A stretch of DNA of 64,000 nt from Mobula hypostoma (taxonomy: Eukaryota). This document shows, one piece after another, positions 38,401 through 51,550 of this stretch. A program made the translations under genes and the position numbers. The notes below the pieces were generated by a model, which saw only the letters and a list, made by a program, of their open reading frames with translations, was not told the DNA's origin and made no database searches. Position 1 is the stretch's first letter, and every line of letters begins with the position of its first letter. The stretch is from positions 51,214,001 to 51,278,000 of the forward strand of contig NC_086108.1 of assembly GCF_963921235.1 (NCBI RefSeq), given 5' to 3'.

Positions 38401-39247
38401 GAGGCCGCGGAACAGCAAACGATGGTCCTCTCAATTTCAATCTCCATAGTCAGGGGGATCTCTGGCGCTTCCCACAGCAGCTTGTCTCCAAAGTCTCTCA
38501 TCGACAATCCCACCAGTCCTTCGGGAACATTATAAATCCTGATATTTTTCCCTCGTGATCTTCCCTCCTGGTCAAGCAACTAACTTTCCTGTTGATCTTC
38601 CACCTTCTCAATTGGAGTCTCTGCCACCGCTATTTTTTGATTGAATTTGGCGAGCTCTGACTTTATAACATTGAGTTGCTGTTTTATAAGTTTTTGGACT
38701 TCCCTTATCTCTTCCAAAATCCTGCACGAAGCCCAGCGTCAGCCTTGCCACCACACGCACGTGCAGGAGAGCCGCGCTGCACCTCTCTCTTCTGTAGGTT
38801 CCGCAGTGATGCTTTTTTTAAAATCTCCATTCTTTCTCCCCATTCTTGCCCCCCCTTATCAATTCAGATATTTTCGAAAGATCTTATATTTGATGGATTA
38901 ACAGGGCAAAATATGCGTTTTTCCGGAGCAGCTGTTGATTTAAGCTGTCATTCTGAACGATGATGCCACCAGAACACCCAATTTATGCCTCTTAATGCCC
39001 TTCACTTTTTTCTAGCATACTTCTATCTGATCACCATGCAGTGTTCGACACTCAATCCAATTTGTCCAAACTCTTCTCATAACAACACTCTCTAATAAAG
39101 GAAATACCCTAGTAAGCCTCTTCTGCATGCTTTTCAAAGTCTCCACATCCTTCTTGTAGCTTAGCAATTAGAACTGCACAGATACTCTAGGTGTACCTTA
39201 GCTGAAGTTCCATGCAGCTGAAACGTGACTTCCCAATTCTGTAAGAC

Positions 39248-42200
39248 GTCATCTTCTTCTTCTCCTTCTTCTTCTTCTGGCTTTCAACTCACTGGTAAGC
39301 ATGTGACCATGTCATTCCCACTTTCCTAGCATCAGTTAACACTTCCCTCCTCTATGTGGACTTGGGCCTACCTCGATTTCCCTTGCCCTGAGGATTCCAT
39401 GTGAGAGCTTGGCTGGTGATACTATTCGGGAGCTTCAACATGTGTCTTATCCAGCACCACTTCCTTCTCTTGATCTCTGCCTCAAATGGCGTCTGGTTGG
39501 TCCTCTGCCATAATTCTGTATTGTTCACATAGTCTGTCCGTTTGCCCCAAAATCTGACGCAAGCATTTGTTGATGAAGGTCTGGATTTTTCTGATTACTT
39601 CTGATGTCAGTCTCCAAGTTTCAGAGCCATATAGGTGGACAGATTTGACACTTCATTTGAAGATTCTCAATTTGGTTCTTAACCTTAGTTCTTTTGCCGT
39701 CCAAACAGGACATAGTATTATGAAGGCTCCTCTGTCTTTTTGGATCCTGGTCTTTACATCCTCACCTGTATCTTCTTCCTTGTTGACAATGCTTCCCAGA
39801 TAGACAAGTGACTCAACTTCTTCAAGAGGAGCATTTCTCAGGATAACTGTGTTGTTTCCTGCATTTATTTTTAGTAATTTTGTTTTCCCTATATGGATGT
39901 GTAGCCCTATTTTCTGTGATGTGGAGTCTAGAAGATCTGCTTTCTCTTGCATCTGGGCATGGCTGTATGACAGTAGTGCCAAATCATCAGCAAAGTCAAG
40001 ATCATCTAGCTGTCTGAACAATGTCCACTGTATTCCATTCTTCTTGCCACCTGTTGCTTGCTTCATAATCCAGCCCACTGCTAGCAGGAAGAGAAAAGGG
40101 TCCCTGTCATCCCTGTAAGGGTCCCTGTAAGCATCCCTGTCATACCCCAGTGTTAACCTTGAAAGTATCTGACAACTGACCTATATGGATTACACTGCAT
40201 TCCATATCTTCATAGATCTTCTTTACCAAGTTAGTTAACTTCTCTGGAATCCCAAAATGCCCCATTAGTTTCCACAATGTCTCCCTGTCCAGGCTGTCAA
40301 ATGCTTTTTCATAATCTACAAAACTAATGCACAGTGATGTGTTCCATTCCAGCCACTGTTCAATGATAATCCTAAGAGTTGTAATCTGATCAGTGCAAGA
40401 CCTGTTTTGTCGAAATCCTGCTTGTTCATCTCTAAGCTTCTCATCCACTACATTTTTCAATCTCTCTAAAATGATTCTGCTCAGAGCTTTCCCTGGCACT
40501 GAAAGGAACATTATCCCGCTGTAGTTTTTGCATTCCTGGAGATCTCCTTTCCTAGGGGTTTTAACTGGAAGTCCTGTTCTCCAATCTTTGGGGGGTACTT
40601 CTTCTACTTCCCAGACCTTTTCTATGATGTTGTGCATCATTTCAATAGATATGTCCATTCTGCTCTTGAATGCCTCTGGAGGTATACCATCAAGTCCTGC
40701 AGCTTTACCATCCTTTACGAGCTTGATTGCCATTCTGATCTCCTCTTTGGTAGGAGTGCCACAGTATCTCTAGGTTGTTCTCTGCTTGTGGGACGACAGA
40801 TGGCTCTGGTGGTGATGGTCTGTTTAGAAGCTGTTCAAAGTGTTCGGCCCATCTTTTGGTCAGGTCCTCAGCTCCTGTCAGAACTTGTCCTTCTTTATCC
40901 TTAATTGGTCTTTCTACTGGTTGAAATTTGCCAGAGAGTTCCTTGGTTGTGTCGTACAGTCCTTTCATGTTCCCTTCCTACTCTACTTCTTTTGCTAGGT
41001 CTTCAATATAGTTTCTTTTGTCCATTCTGATGCTTGCTTTAACTTCCTTATTTGCTTCTGCATAGTTTTTCTGTGCAACAGTCTTTGATGCTCCTGTTTT
41101 GTTTTTGTTAAGTGCATCCTTTTTTGCTTTTCTTTGCTCTATTTTTCTGAGCATTTCAGCAGAAAACCATGGTTTGTGTTGGTGGTCTGTCTTATCTCGA
41201 ACTTCTTCACAGGTACCGGTCCAGACATCTTTGGCTTGTTCTCAGATCTCCTCCACACTTGATTCTTCACTTAGGTTCTCCAAAGCTCGAAATCTGTTCT
41301 GCAATACTAAGTGGAATTGTCGTCTTTTCTCCTGGTCTTTCAGAAATTGTGTTGCATAGCTTTTCATTTTGCTTGTTGCAGCATAGTTCCTTTTAAGTTT
41401 GAGCTGAAGCTTACCAATAAAAATAGGCATTCGTTAGTCTCGTGAGACCATAGATGTGTGCCTTGGAAGGTTTCCAGGGCGCAGGTCTGGGCAAGGTTGT
41501 AAGGAAGACCGGTAGTTGCCCATGCTGCAAGTCTCCCCTCTCCACGCCACTGATATTGTCCAAGGGAAGGGCACTAGGGCCAATATAGCTTGGCACTGGT
41601 GTCATCGCAGAGCAATGTGTGGTTAAGTGCCTTGTTCAAGGACACAACACGCTGCCTCAGCTAAGGCTCGAACTGGAGATCTTCAGATCACTAAAACAAC
41701 ACCTTAACCACTTGGCCATGCGCCAACAGCTTACCAATAACATGATGATGATCTGATGCCACTTCCGCACCTCTAAGGACTCTGACATCCTGCATGGATT
41801 GTCTGAACTTCTTACTAATACAGATATGGTCGATCTGGTTTCCTATTCGCTGAACTGGTGAAATCCATGTTGCCTTGTGGATCCGCTTGGGAAGGAATAT
41901 GCTGCCACCAATTACCATTTTGTTGAATGCACAGAAGTCTACAAATAGCTCTCTGTTTTCATTTTTGTCTCCAAGTCCATGCTGCCCCATTATTTCTTCA
42001 AATCCTACGTTGTCATTTCCAATTTTGGCATTAAAATCTCCCATGACAATGGTGATGTCTCTTCTTTTCAGCTTCCCCAGGAGTACTTGCAGTCGGTTAT
42101 AGAAATCTTCCTTGACAATGGTATCCTTGTCATTTGTAGGGGCATAGGTTAACACAGTGTTTAGCTTTATTCTCCTATTACTGGTGCGGAAGGATGCAGA

Positions 42201-42746
42201 CATGATCCTGGGTCCTGATGTTTCCCAAGCCAAAAGTGATCCCTTTGCTTGTTTTGATAACATTAATCCTACTCCCTCAGTGCACGATGCATTCTCTTCC
42301 ACGTGTTCTGAATAGATGATAGTTTCCCCTGAAGTGAGTTGTACTTGCCCTGAATTTGTCCACCTAGTTTCACAGAGTCCCAAAATATCTAATTTATTGT
42401 TCTGAAATTCTTTTGCCATTTGTAGGGTCTTCCCAGCTTCATACATGGTCCTCACATTCCAGATGCCAATTCTAGAGGTCTTCTTGGTTGACAGTAGGTT
42501 TTTCGGTAAAGGAGCTTCCTTTCGGCTTTCACTTCTCCACGTCATACAACTCTCTAAAGAAGCCCTACCTCTCCCAAGACTGGCTGGCTTGGTTTTGATG
42601 CCACTGATGTTTCTGTAGTAACAATTATTTTCACAGGATAGGGCTACTAACCCTATACCCAACCCTCCTTAGTCGCCTTTTACGACATGCGTGGCAGGGT
42701 ACAGTGATTCTATTCTTTTAAAGGACCCGGAAACCGCATGGGTACC
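39248..42746 (-). mobile_element. RTE-clade LINE, near full length, single EN-RT ORF disrupted
   Basis: IGIWNVRTM, LGLCETRW, YAPT, MGDFNAKIG, SDHH, QAGFRQNRSCTDQI, FVDYEKAFDS, LDFADD. (GAA)n tail at 39251-39278. Candidate TSD GTAAGAC at 39241-39247 and 42747-42753. Confidence 0.92.
41421..41727 (-). mobile_element. tRNA-derived SINE with CORE-like body, inserted in the RTE
   Basis: A box TGGCCAAGTGG, B box GTTCGAGCC, CORE-like gtgtccttgaacaaggcacttaacc. Perfect TSD AGCTTACCAATAA at 41408-41420 and 41728-41740. Confidence 0.9.
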
Positions 42747-43520
42747 GTAAGACACAGGAGCAGAATTAAGCCATCGGCCCATCAAGCCTACTCCACCATT
42801 CCATCATGGCTGTTTATTATTCCTCTCAACCCTATTCTCCTGCCTTCACCCTGTAACCTTTGATGCACTTACTAATAAAGGAACCTATCAACCTCCATTT
42901 TAAATATTCCTAATGACTTGGCCTCTACAGCCATCTGTGGTAATGAATTCTAAATTCGTTACCCTCTAGCTAAAGAAATTTCTCCTCATCTCTGTTCTAT
43001 CTTTATATATTTTTGTATTCTTTGGCTGTCTCCTCTGGTCCTAGACCCTACTACTATAGGAAACATGCTCTTCGTGTCCATTCTGTCTAGGCCTCAATGA
43101 AGGTAAGCATGCTACTTTTATTTCTGCCTTCAGGGAGCTACGGGCTTCCATCCCAATATCTCATTTACATCTGTGCTCTTAATGTTCCTGCTATTTACAG
43201 CATACTTTCACTTGCATATGATGTCCCAAAATGCAACTCCTCAGACTTGTCTGAATTAAATTGCATGTGCGATTTTTCCACCCAAATTTCTTATTGTTGT
43301 AACAACTTTCATCACTATCCAAAATCTCAATTTCCATGTCATCTGCCCTTACTGATCAGATCACCTACACTTTCATCAAAATCATTTACAGCACAAACAC
43401 TATGTCCTAGCACTGATCACAGAACTCTAGTCAGAAAAGCATCCATTCTCCACTATCCTCTGACTTCTATGACCAAACTAATTTTGTTTACAACTTAACT
43501 TACCACGAATCCCATGTGAC
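42747..43520 (-). mobile_element. CR1 3' end (42747 to about 43096) followed by an older CR1 RT remnant
   Basis: Reverse-complement CR1 tail taagacacaggagcagaatt and 3' UTR similar to other CR1 copies in the window. Confidence 0.75.
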
Positions 43521-44146
43521 TTAAAACGACTGAGAAAATTAGATGCTAAATTTAAAATTTTGGTTTTCCATCAGAGAACATGCCTGCTTCTACTTATCTC
43601 CTGGTTACTTTTTCACATCCTTCATTGTTCTGCTCTATTGCACGTGTACATACATAAACATGCATGCTCTTTGTTTAGTCACAATCTCTCTGGTATAAAC
43701 ACCTGCAATTTTTGCTTCACTTTATTTGCAAAAATAAATCAGATGCAGGACTCTTAACCAAAATGCATGATTACTTACAAGCATTTATTGGGCATATGAA
43801 AGGAGTAGGCATCAATGAAAATAAAACAGCATTTTTAGGAAATGCACGTATCTACTCATCTGACATCATTTCAAGTTATTTGCCTTCCAAGTTGTGCTAG
43901 AAACATCGCCATGTCCAAGACAGCAGGGAACTTCACCCTTTCAATTACTTTGATTTGCTCTTAGAAAAGTGAAACTTCATTTGTGATGCCAAAACTAAAC
44001 AGCTAATATTTTCCCAAGCCCCATTCTCTAACAATGCAAACAAAACGCTAATTTTCTGACCGTGTTTACCATCTCCCATTAGAAACCATTGATTACAAGC
44101 TCTAATAAACACAATTACCTCTACACTATCACAGATAAATACAGTG

Positions 44147-46798
44147 CAGGTGTCCCTCTCTTTACGAACATTCGCTTTACGCCACTTGCTTTTACGGAAG
44201 ACCTACATTAGTACCTGTTTTCGCTAACCAAAGGTTTTCGCTTTTACGAAAAAAGGCAGCACGCCCCAAGCAGCGCTGCTAAGCTCCTCCCCCAGGAACT
44301 GCACTCAGCATCAAGCCACCATAGCTTAAACACGTGTCTGTGAGCATCTGTGCTTTACAGTACAGTATCGCGATTTATTTTGTGCATCCGTTAGCAAGAT
44401 GAGTTCTAAGTTATCGGAAAAGCCTAAGAGAGCTCGTAAGGGTGTTACGCTGAGCGTAAAAATGAACGTAATTAAGGGTTTCGATCCTGATGATCGAAGT
44501 AAGGTCATTGTACGTGCGTTGAACTTGCCTGCGTCCATCATTCGCACTATTTACACACAGAGAGAAAGAATCCCGAAAGCTGCCCATGTTACTATTGGTT
44601 CTGCTAGTAGCAAAGTTGTCTCTTTTAGTCAGCATCCAGTAATGGATAAAATGGAAAGTGTATTGCTTGAGTGGATTGATGGATGTACAAAGCGTGGTGT
44701 TCCATAAGTTATCTTATACTTAAGGAGAAATCAGTCAGTCTTTTTAATATGCTGAAACACAAAGCACTGGACGATGGTGATGAAAGTGCTGCGTAAATGG
44801 AATTTAAAGGTAGTCATGGGTGGTTTGATCGGTTTTTGAGGTGAGGGCAGCTTCATAGCTTAACGTTTGCTGGAGAGAGTGCTTCGGCTGATACTGAAGC
44901 TGCCAAAAATTTCCCAGCAAAACTGAAGAAAATAATTACAGAGGGTGGTTATTCCTATAAGCAAGTGTTTAACTGTGACAAAACTGCTATTTATTGGAAA
45001 AGATTGCTGAGCAAGACATTTATTTCGATAGAAGAAAAGCAGGCTAAGGGACACAAGGCATCGAAGGACAGGTTTACCCTAATGCCTATTATTAACGCCA
45101 CTGGTGATGCTGTACTTAAGCCTCTACTCGTGTACCATTCAGAAAATCGGAGGGCACTTAAAGACGTTGATAAGAATACACTTCCTGTTGTGTTCCGTTC
45201 ACATCCAAGCAACTGGAATAGCCAAGTGAATTTTTCTGAGTACATGAGCAGATACGTTAGTCCTTTTGTTGAAAAATACTGTAGAGAAAATAACCTCGAT
45301 AATAGGCGTCTTGTGATTGTCGGTAATTGTGCTGCTCATCCGGCTGACATTACCGAGTATGGCAGTAACATTCGTGTTGCGTTCTTACTGCCGAATACGA
45401 CGTTATTGCTGCAGCTGTGTGACCAAGGGCTAGCAGCCACAGTTAAGACTTACTATATGCAAAATGTGATGCGTTATATCGTAAGTGCCATTGACAGAGA
45501 GGGCAACTCCGAAGCACCTTTGTGAGAGATCTGTAAAGAGTACAAAATAAAATTAGCAATTGCCAACATTGGAGATGCTCTCGATAGGCTAACAGTCTCA
45601 ATGAGAAATGGCGTTTGGAGGAAACTGTGTCCCGAAGCAGTCAACGATTTTAAAGGCTTCGAACCAACAACAATAAATACATCAATAGTGACTTTGCCTA
45701 AGGAGGCTGGGTTTCTGGAAGTTGACGAAGATGATGTTGAAGAGGTCTTGGCATCCCATGACCAAGAACTGACAGATGAGGAGCTGATGCAATTGCAAGA
45801 ACGGATACGAATCGAAACCGAATGCAGTAGCGAGCGGCCTGGAAGTGAAATCGTCCAGGAACTGAACGTGAAGCACTTGCATGAGATTTTCGCTATGATT
45901 GACAGTGCTGCAATGATTGCAGAAAAGTATGACTTTAATTTTCAAAGGGCACATAGGTTTAGGACACATTTGCGGTATGCTTTCAGTGCTTACAAAGAAC
46001 TGTACGATAGAAAAATGCATGAGGCTAAGCAGTAAAGCATACTGTCGTATTTCAAGCCTTCCACATCAGTCACAGCAGACGAACCTCAACCTTCCTCTTC
46101 GAGGCAGGCAGACATAGAAGGTGTAGACGTACCTCCCACCACCCCAGCCTCCGAGACTCAGCCTAACACACCATCATCTGTGTGCTCGTTGTTTTCCCGA
46201 TTCCGCTAAGTTGAACTAGACTGGACATACATTATTTCTACTTTATATAGGCTGTGTATTTATCATATCATTCCTGCTTTTACTATATGTTAGTATTATT
46301 TTAAGTTTTGTGTTATTTGGCATGATTTGGTAGGTTATTTTTCGGATCCGGGAATGCTCAAAAATTTTTCTCATATAGACATTGTTGCAAAAGTGGAATT
46401 TAAAGGTAGTCATGGGTGGTTTGAACAGTTTTTGAGGCGATGGCAGCTTCATAGCTTAAAGGTCACTGGAGAGAGTGCTTCAGCGGAGAGCACTTCTGCC
46501 GAGAGCATTTACGTGAGATTTTCCCTAGGCTTGACAGTGCTGCAATGATTGCAGAAAAGTATTTCTGCTTTATATAGGTTGTGTATTTATCATATTATTC
46601 CTGCTTTTACTAAATGTTAGTGTTATTTTAGGTTTTATGTGTTATTTGGTTTGATTTAATAGGTTATTTTTTGGGTCTGGGTACACTCAAAAATTTTCCC
46701 CATATAAATTAATGGTAATTGCTTCTTCGCTTTACACCATTTCTGCTTACAAAAGGTTTCATAGGAACACTCTACCTTCGGATAGCGGGGGAAACCTG
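44147..46798 (+). mobile_element. Near full-length Tigger/pogo-like transposon (parent-like copy of the family at 758, 7544 and 13249)
   Basis: CAGGTGTCCC...GGGGGAAACCTG-TA; 2652 bp; carries the whole transposase reading region. Confidence 0.93.
44399..46170 (+). pseudogene. Tigger-type transposase pseudogene
   Basis: HTH start MSSKLSEKPKRARKGVTLSVK, CENP-B-like FKGSHGWF, and DDD region FNCDKT / IVGNCAAH (second Asp position is Gly) / LCDQG. In-frame stops at about 44705, 44793, 45523 and 46033. 3' end approximate. Confidence 0.88.
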
Positions 46799-49050
46799 TA
46801 TTATAATCTGACACTAGAAGAGTGATAAGATTCGACTTTCCAGAATAAGATCTTGTTGAATACTTGATCATGTTGATTCATACTTACTTGGCTTTTCAAA
46901 TTGATTTTCAAATAAAAAGGCAAAAGTTATTTTAAACTATTTTTAATTGTATTGTTCAATATTTTCATCTTTTAGCTTTCACTTTATTGGCATACAATCA
47001 AAGAATATACACTCCTTAATGTGTTCATATTTATCATGTTTTTTATTATAGTGTTCTTAATCTTATTGTTCTTTTTTGTGCTGCAACGGATCTACTCTGC
47101 ACTTGTGTACAAGAAATGACATTAAACAATATTGATCTTTCTTGCATATTCTTAAGTCTCACAACACCACTAAGATATTTTTAGTTAATTAATGGTGTAG
47201 TTTGACATCATTTCATCACAGACTTAGTAGCTTAAATTTCTAGTATGATCAGGTATCAGAATGTTATCAAGTACAAGAAATGATGCATGAAGCATCACAC
47301 GACCTCCTTTAAAATATGCAAAATTTAATTTTAAGAATGTGAATAGTTACTTACAGCAAAGAAAGCTAACACCAGGATTGTAGGCAGATGTACTCAATAA
47401 TTAGGGCCAATGTTAAAACTCATTGCAGTGATTACAAAGCCATGCTTACAAAGCAAAAATAAAAATGCCGACTGTGGTAGTTAAACAGAAAAACACTGGG
47501 CACTTTCAGAATCCGATGTAGCTAGCAAAATTAAGCTATTGTTGATAATATCTACTTGTTTAAAAAGTGCTCCTTTAATAAACTGATTTTTCTCCACAGT
47601 GCTAAACAAGTGAGAATTTCAGATTTACTGCTATGTTCAAAATTAACTGAAGTAACTATTGTTCACTTTGCTGCTGGTTGCCAAGTTCTCAGTACCTCTC
47701 TGTGCTATATTTTAGCCTAATAATATTGATGATAAATGTGATAGGATAGTGTTCTCTTTAAAAACTCACACCCATTCAATTATTATTAAAAGCTTTACAA
47801 TTTGACGGTCCATAAACATATTCCTATTAAACAATTAACAGAGCCAGCCAACAACTTACAAGCATTTAACAGAAACTGATGTGAACAGACAAAAACAATA
47901 CATTTGGAAGCTTTTTTCAAAAGCAGAAGTAAGATTTTCTGTACAAGCACAAACAGATTATTCTATCTTGGCACCTTTTAGGGGCAACAGCTATTTTTTT
48001 AAAATCACATTTTTATATTTTGCTAAAAAAAACTATAGGAAACAAAATTATTTTGACAACAAGGCTAAAATGTATCCCATACTCAAGAAAAATGATTCAG
48101 TGATTCACCAGACATCCTTTTCTATTTTGTGTTCAAACCAAAGCAAAATCATTATTACTATATTCATTTTAGTTTGATGCAAGGAAAGATTAAGATAATG
48201 ATAAACAAATTTACTCTCAATTTATTAAAATGAAGTTAAATTTGCAGGTACATAGCTAAGGTTTATAAATCTTCACTGAAAATATTGAAAGTAAATGAAA
48301 AATCAACACAACTGCAGATGGAAATCTACAATAAAAACAAAAATGAAATACTTAGGAGGTCAGGTAGTATTTATAGAAAGAGAAAACAGATAAAGCTAAC
48401 ATTTTGATTTCAGAAACCTTCATCATAAAAACAATCCTAGATAGCAAAAAAAAAGGGAAAATGGTAGGTCTCTACTATGATAGGACTAGAAGATAGACTG
48501 TGGCATTTATGGAGGAGTTAAAATCAGATTAAGCTTCTGTGTCTTTGACCTGTACTAATTACATACTTCTGAGAAGCATCTGCTCTGTATAGGTTCATTA
48601 ACGTTTAACACTCGACATCAAACCTGAATTCATTAACAACACATCTTATAACAGACATCCTTCTAAGATGAAAGGAGAGGATAAAAGACCTCATTTCTGA
48701 AACAAGCATCATAAACATAAGAATGAAAATCTGGTAAAAGATGAAAAAGAGGGAAAAAAAATCAGTTGATAAATCCTAAATGGCCAATCAACCCTTTTGC
48801 AGACAATAACTTCCCATTTTTTCTGCTCAGTGAACTTAAAAGAGCTCTGAAATATATAGATTAAATCAAGGAAAAGGTTCATTTTTAAAAAATTATACTT
48901 TACCACTCCCTTTCAATTGTTATTGAAAAATTTTACCCACTTAGCCATTCTTCATTGATAAATTCAAATTGTTAGAGATTTTTAAAATATTTCGTAAATC
49001 AGTTACAGTGTGAAAAATAATTAGCAGTATTTGTAAAGAAATAATACTCA

Positions 49051-49200
<150 letters not shown>

Positions 49201-49553
49201 TTATGAGAGCGACCAAAAGAAATGTGCATTTCCATTAAACTTAAAGAAATATGTTGCTGTAGTAAGTTAATCCCATTACTTTAAAATTACATTTTTCCAA
49301 TAGCATTCAAAATTAGTCTGGAGGACTTCAGAAAGTTTCTCCAAGTCCTCGAGTTGCCTCCAACACCCTTATTCACTCACCGTCATCCCCTTCCCCTTCC
49401 TGGTTCTATCCCCCACTAAATACCACAAGTTCACCCATGGGATCCTCCTCCTGATCTAGTTCCATATACTAATCACCACTCCCCTAAGTTTCCATTCTCA
49501 CCTTCTCATCATAGTTTAGCACTGATACTTTTGTGTTCCTGTTTCTATCCCTC

Positions 49554-50410
49554 CAGAATCAGAATTCGTATCACTGGCAGTAGCAATACAATGCAAAATG
49601 TATGAATTACAGTATATATTTAATAGTAGTACAAACAAAGTACAGATGTAGTGTACATTTCAATGTTCATTCAGCAATCTGAAGGCAGAGGGGAAAAAAG
49701 CTGTTCCTGAATCACTGAGTGTGTGTCTTCAGGCTCCTATACCTCATTCCTGATGGTAGCAATGACAAGAAAGTATGCCCTGGGTGGTGGGGGTCCTTAA
49801 CGGTGGATGCCGCGTTTTTGCACCATCGCTCCTTGAAAATGTCCTGGATGGTACAGAGGCTAGTGCCTTTGATGGAGCTGACTGAGTTCACAATTTTCTG
49901 CAGCTTCTTTCAATCCTGTGCAGTAGCCCCTCCCCCACGCCCAACACCGGACAGTGATCAATGATGCAGCTAGTTAGAGTGCTCTCCATGGTACATTAGA
50001 AGAATCTGAGAATGTCCTTGGTGACATACCTAATCTCCTCAAACTCCTAATGAAATATAGCTGCTGTCGTGCCTTCTTTGTAACTTCATCTATATGTTGG
50101 GTCCAGGGTAGATCCTCAGAGATACTGACACCCAGGAACTTGAAATTGCTCACTCTTTTCACTTCTGATCCCTCTATAAGGACTGATGTGTGTTCCCTCA
50201 ATTTATCCTTTCTGAAGTTCATAATCAGTTCTTCGGTCTTACTGACATTGAGTGCAAGGATGTTGCTGCCACTCCACTCAACTAGTTGATATATCTCACT
50301 CCTGACCATCTTTGCATCACCATCTGAAATTCTGCCAACATTAGTTGTAATAAGCAAATTTATAGATGGCATTTGAGCTGTGCCTAGCCACACATGGGTG
50401 TACAGACAGT
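49554..50410 (-). mobile_element. Rex1/Babar-clade LINE 3' fragment
   Basis: LALNVSKTEELIMNFRK...FKFLGVSISEDLPWTQH...KKARQQLYFIRSL; (gattct)n-type tail at about 49554-49565. Confidence 0.85.
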
Positions 50411-50449
50411 ACAGCAGTGTCTCCAAGCTTCACAATGCCCATCCAATTA

Positions 50450-50760
50450 CCTTGTCCTGTCTCTCCGTCTTTTATATTTTTTTTCTCACTCTTTGTCTGC
50501 CTCCATGTATCATTTACTTGACATTGCCTCACAATTGCATCCCTGCTCCCCTATCTGGCATACCTGCTTCTTAGCTTACAGCCCTCTTCAGTCCACCAAT
50601 CAGTTTGGACTCCTTTCTCACCACCCCCTTTCTCCACATTGTACTGGCCACCTCTCAATCCTGCATCAGGACTTCAACCCAAAATGTTGACAATTCCTTT
50701 CCTTCCGCAGATGCTGTTTGACCTACTGAGAACACAATCGTCCAGCAGATTGTTTGTCGA
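50450..50760 (+). mobile_element. Old degenerate Penelope 3' terminal-repeat remnant
   Basis: Pyrimidine-rich tract, then ctgcatcaggacttcaacccaaaatgttgac...cagatgctgtttgacctactgag...tccagcagattgtttgt, colinear with 12040-12135. Ribozyme core lost. Confidence 0.6.
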
Positions 50761-51139
50761 TGGAGAAATGTTCTTTCTGGTGGTCTATCCATACTACGAA
50801 GATCCAGAAAAAAAAATTGACCGCTGGCATTTAAGTACTGGATCTTCTTGAAAAAAGGCACCACACTATTTTACTGTATTTCAGAGCATCAGTAGTAGAA
50901 GTAGACCAAGATGTTAACATCATAACAGCCACTTTACTAAATGCAACATAAATTATAAGTGCACTGTGAATTTGCAAACTTGTAGGTTAGACATTGAACA
51001 GAACAGATTTCTCAAAAGTAAGACATAACTCTAGCAGAAGGCCAAACCTCATAGATTGTATTTTACATTACTTGCTACAGAAATTAAATACACAATAACA
51101 CCTGGAAGCAATTAAATGGGAGTAAGCTAACTAAGGAGT

Positions 51140-51550
51140 TACTGCCTGTTACACCACTGGCATTTAGGTCCTCCATCTCTTTCTGTCCTTGGCCAGGTGG
51201 TACTCAGGACTTCCTTCATGTGCCAGTAGCCTCCTCTCGGTTTTCACAACCGTCAGTCCTGTAAATCCTGGGTGGATACTCAGGAATACCGTCGCACACA
51301 GATATAGGATCCTTCATTGCTGTCTCCGTAAAAAAAATTTTTTGACAAGACACGGTTATTAGTCCTGAGCCGAACCCCTGAACCAGGAGGATCAGTGGAC
51401 TAGTCTGGCCTACACCCTTTAACCTGATTGGCATGGGTGACCCTGCCAAGAGTCGAAGCACAACTCTCTGACTCCAGCAACATAGCTCTCCGGGTTACTG
51501 AGGCACACAAACCTCTAAACCCCACAACAAAGTCGTGATCTTCTTGAAGG
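51140..51550 (-). mobile_element. Short interspersed repeat, probably a non-autonomous RTE-related element
   Basis: GC-richer island with motifs resembling RTE 5' regions (cacggttattagtcctgagccgaacccc, compare 42640-42667). No TSD confirmed. Confidence 0.45.

Larger units (their letters stand above)
33488..38974 (-). mobile_element. Full-length L1-clade LINE, inactivated (ORF1 about 37880-38843, ORF2 about 33730-37453)
   Basis: ORF1 has RSRGKNIRIYNVPE and FQTPYPAKLRV. ORF2 has EN (ISFNVSGL, YLQETHL) and RT (SPGSDG, VDAEKAFD, RGTRQGC, YTDD, KYLG). Poly(A) at about 33486-33494. 19-bp TSD cacccaat(c/t)tatgcctctt at 33469-33487 and 38975-38993. Confidence 0.93.

Noticed and set aside
40098..40145. 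Short gggtccctgt repeats as a regulatory element
   Set aside because: Local duplication scar disrupting the RTE GVRQG motif.
41660..41727. tRNA gene (also near 60492-60550)
   Set aside because: A/B boxes are the head of a TSD-flanked SINE; I cannot build a complete cloverleaf.
44399..46170. Domesticated TIGD-type host gene or active transposase
   Set aside because: Multiple in-frame stops, Gly at the second catalytic Asp position, TIRs retained and related copies nearby.
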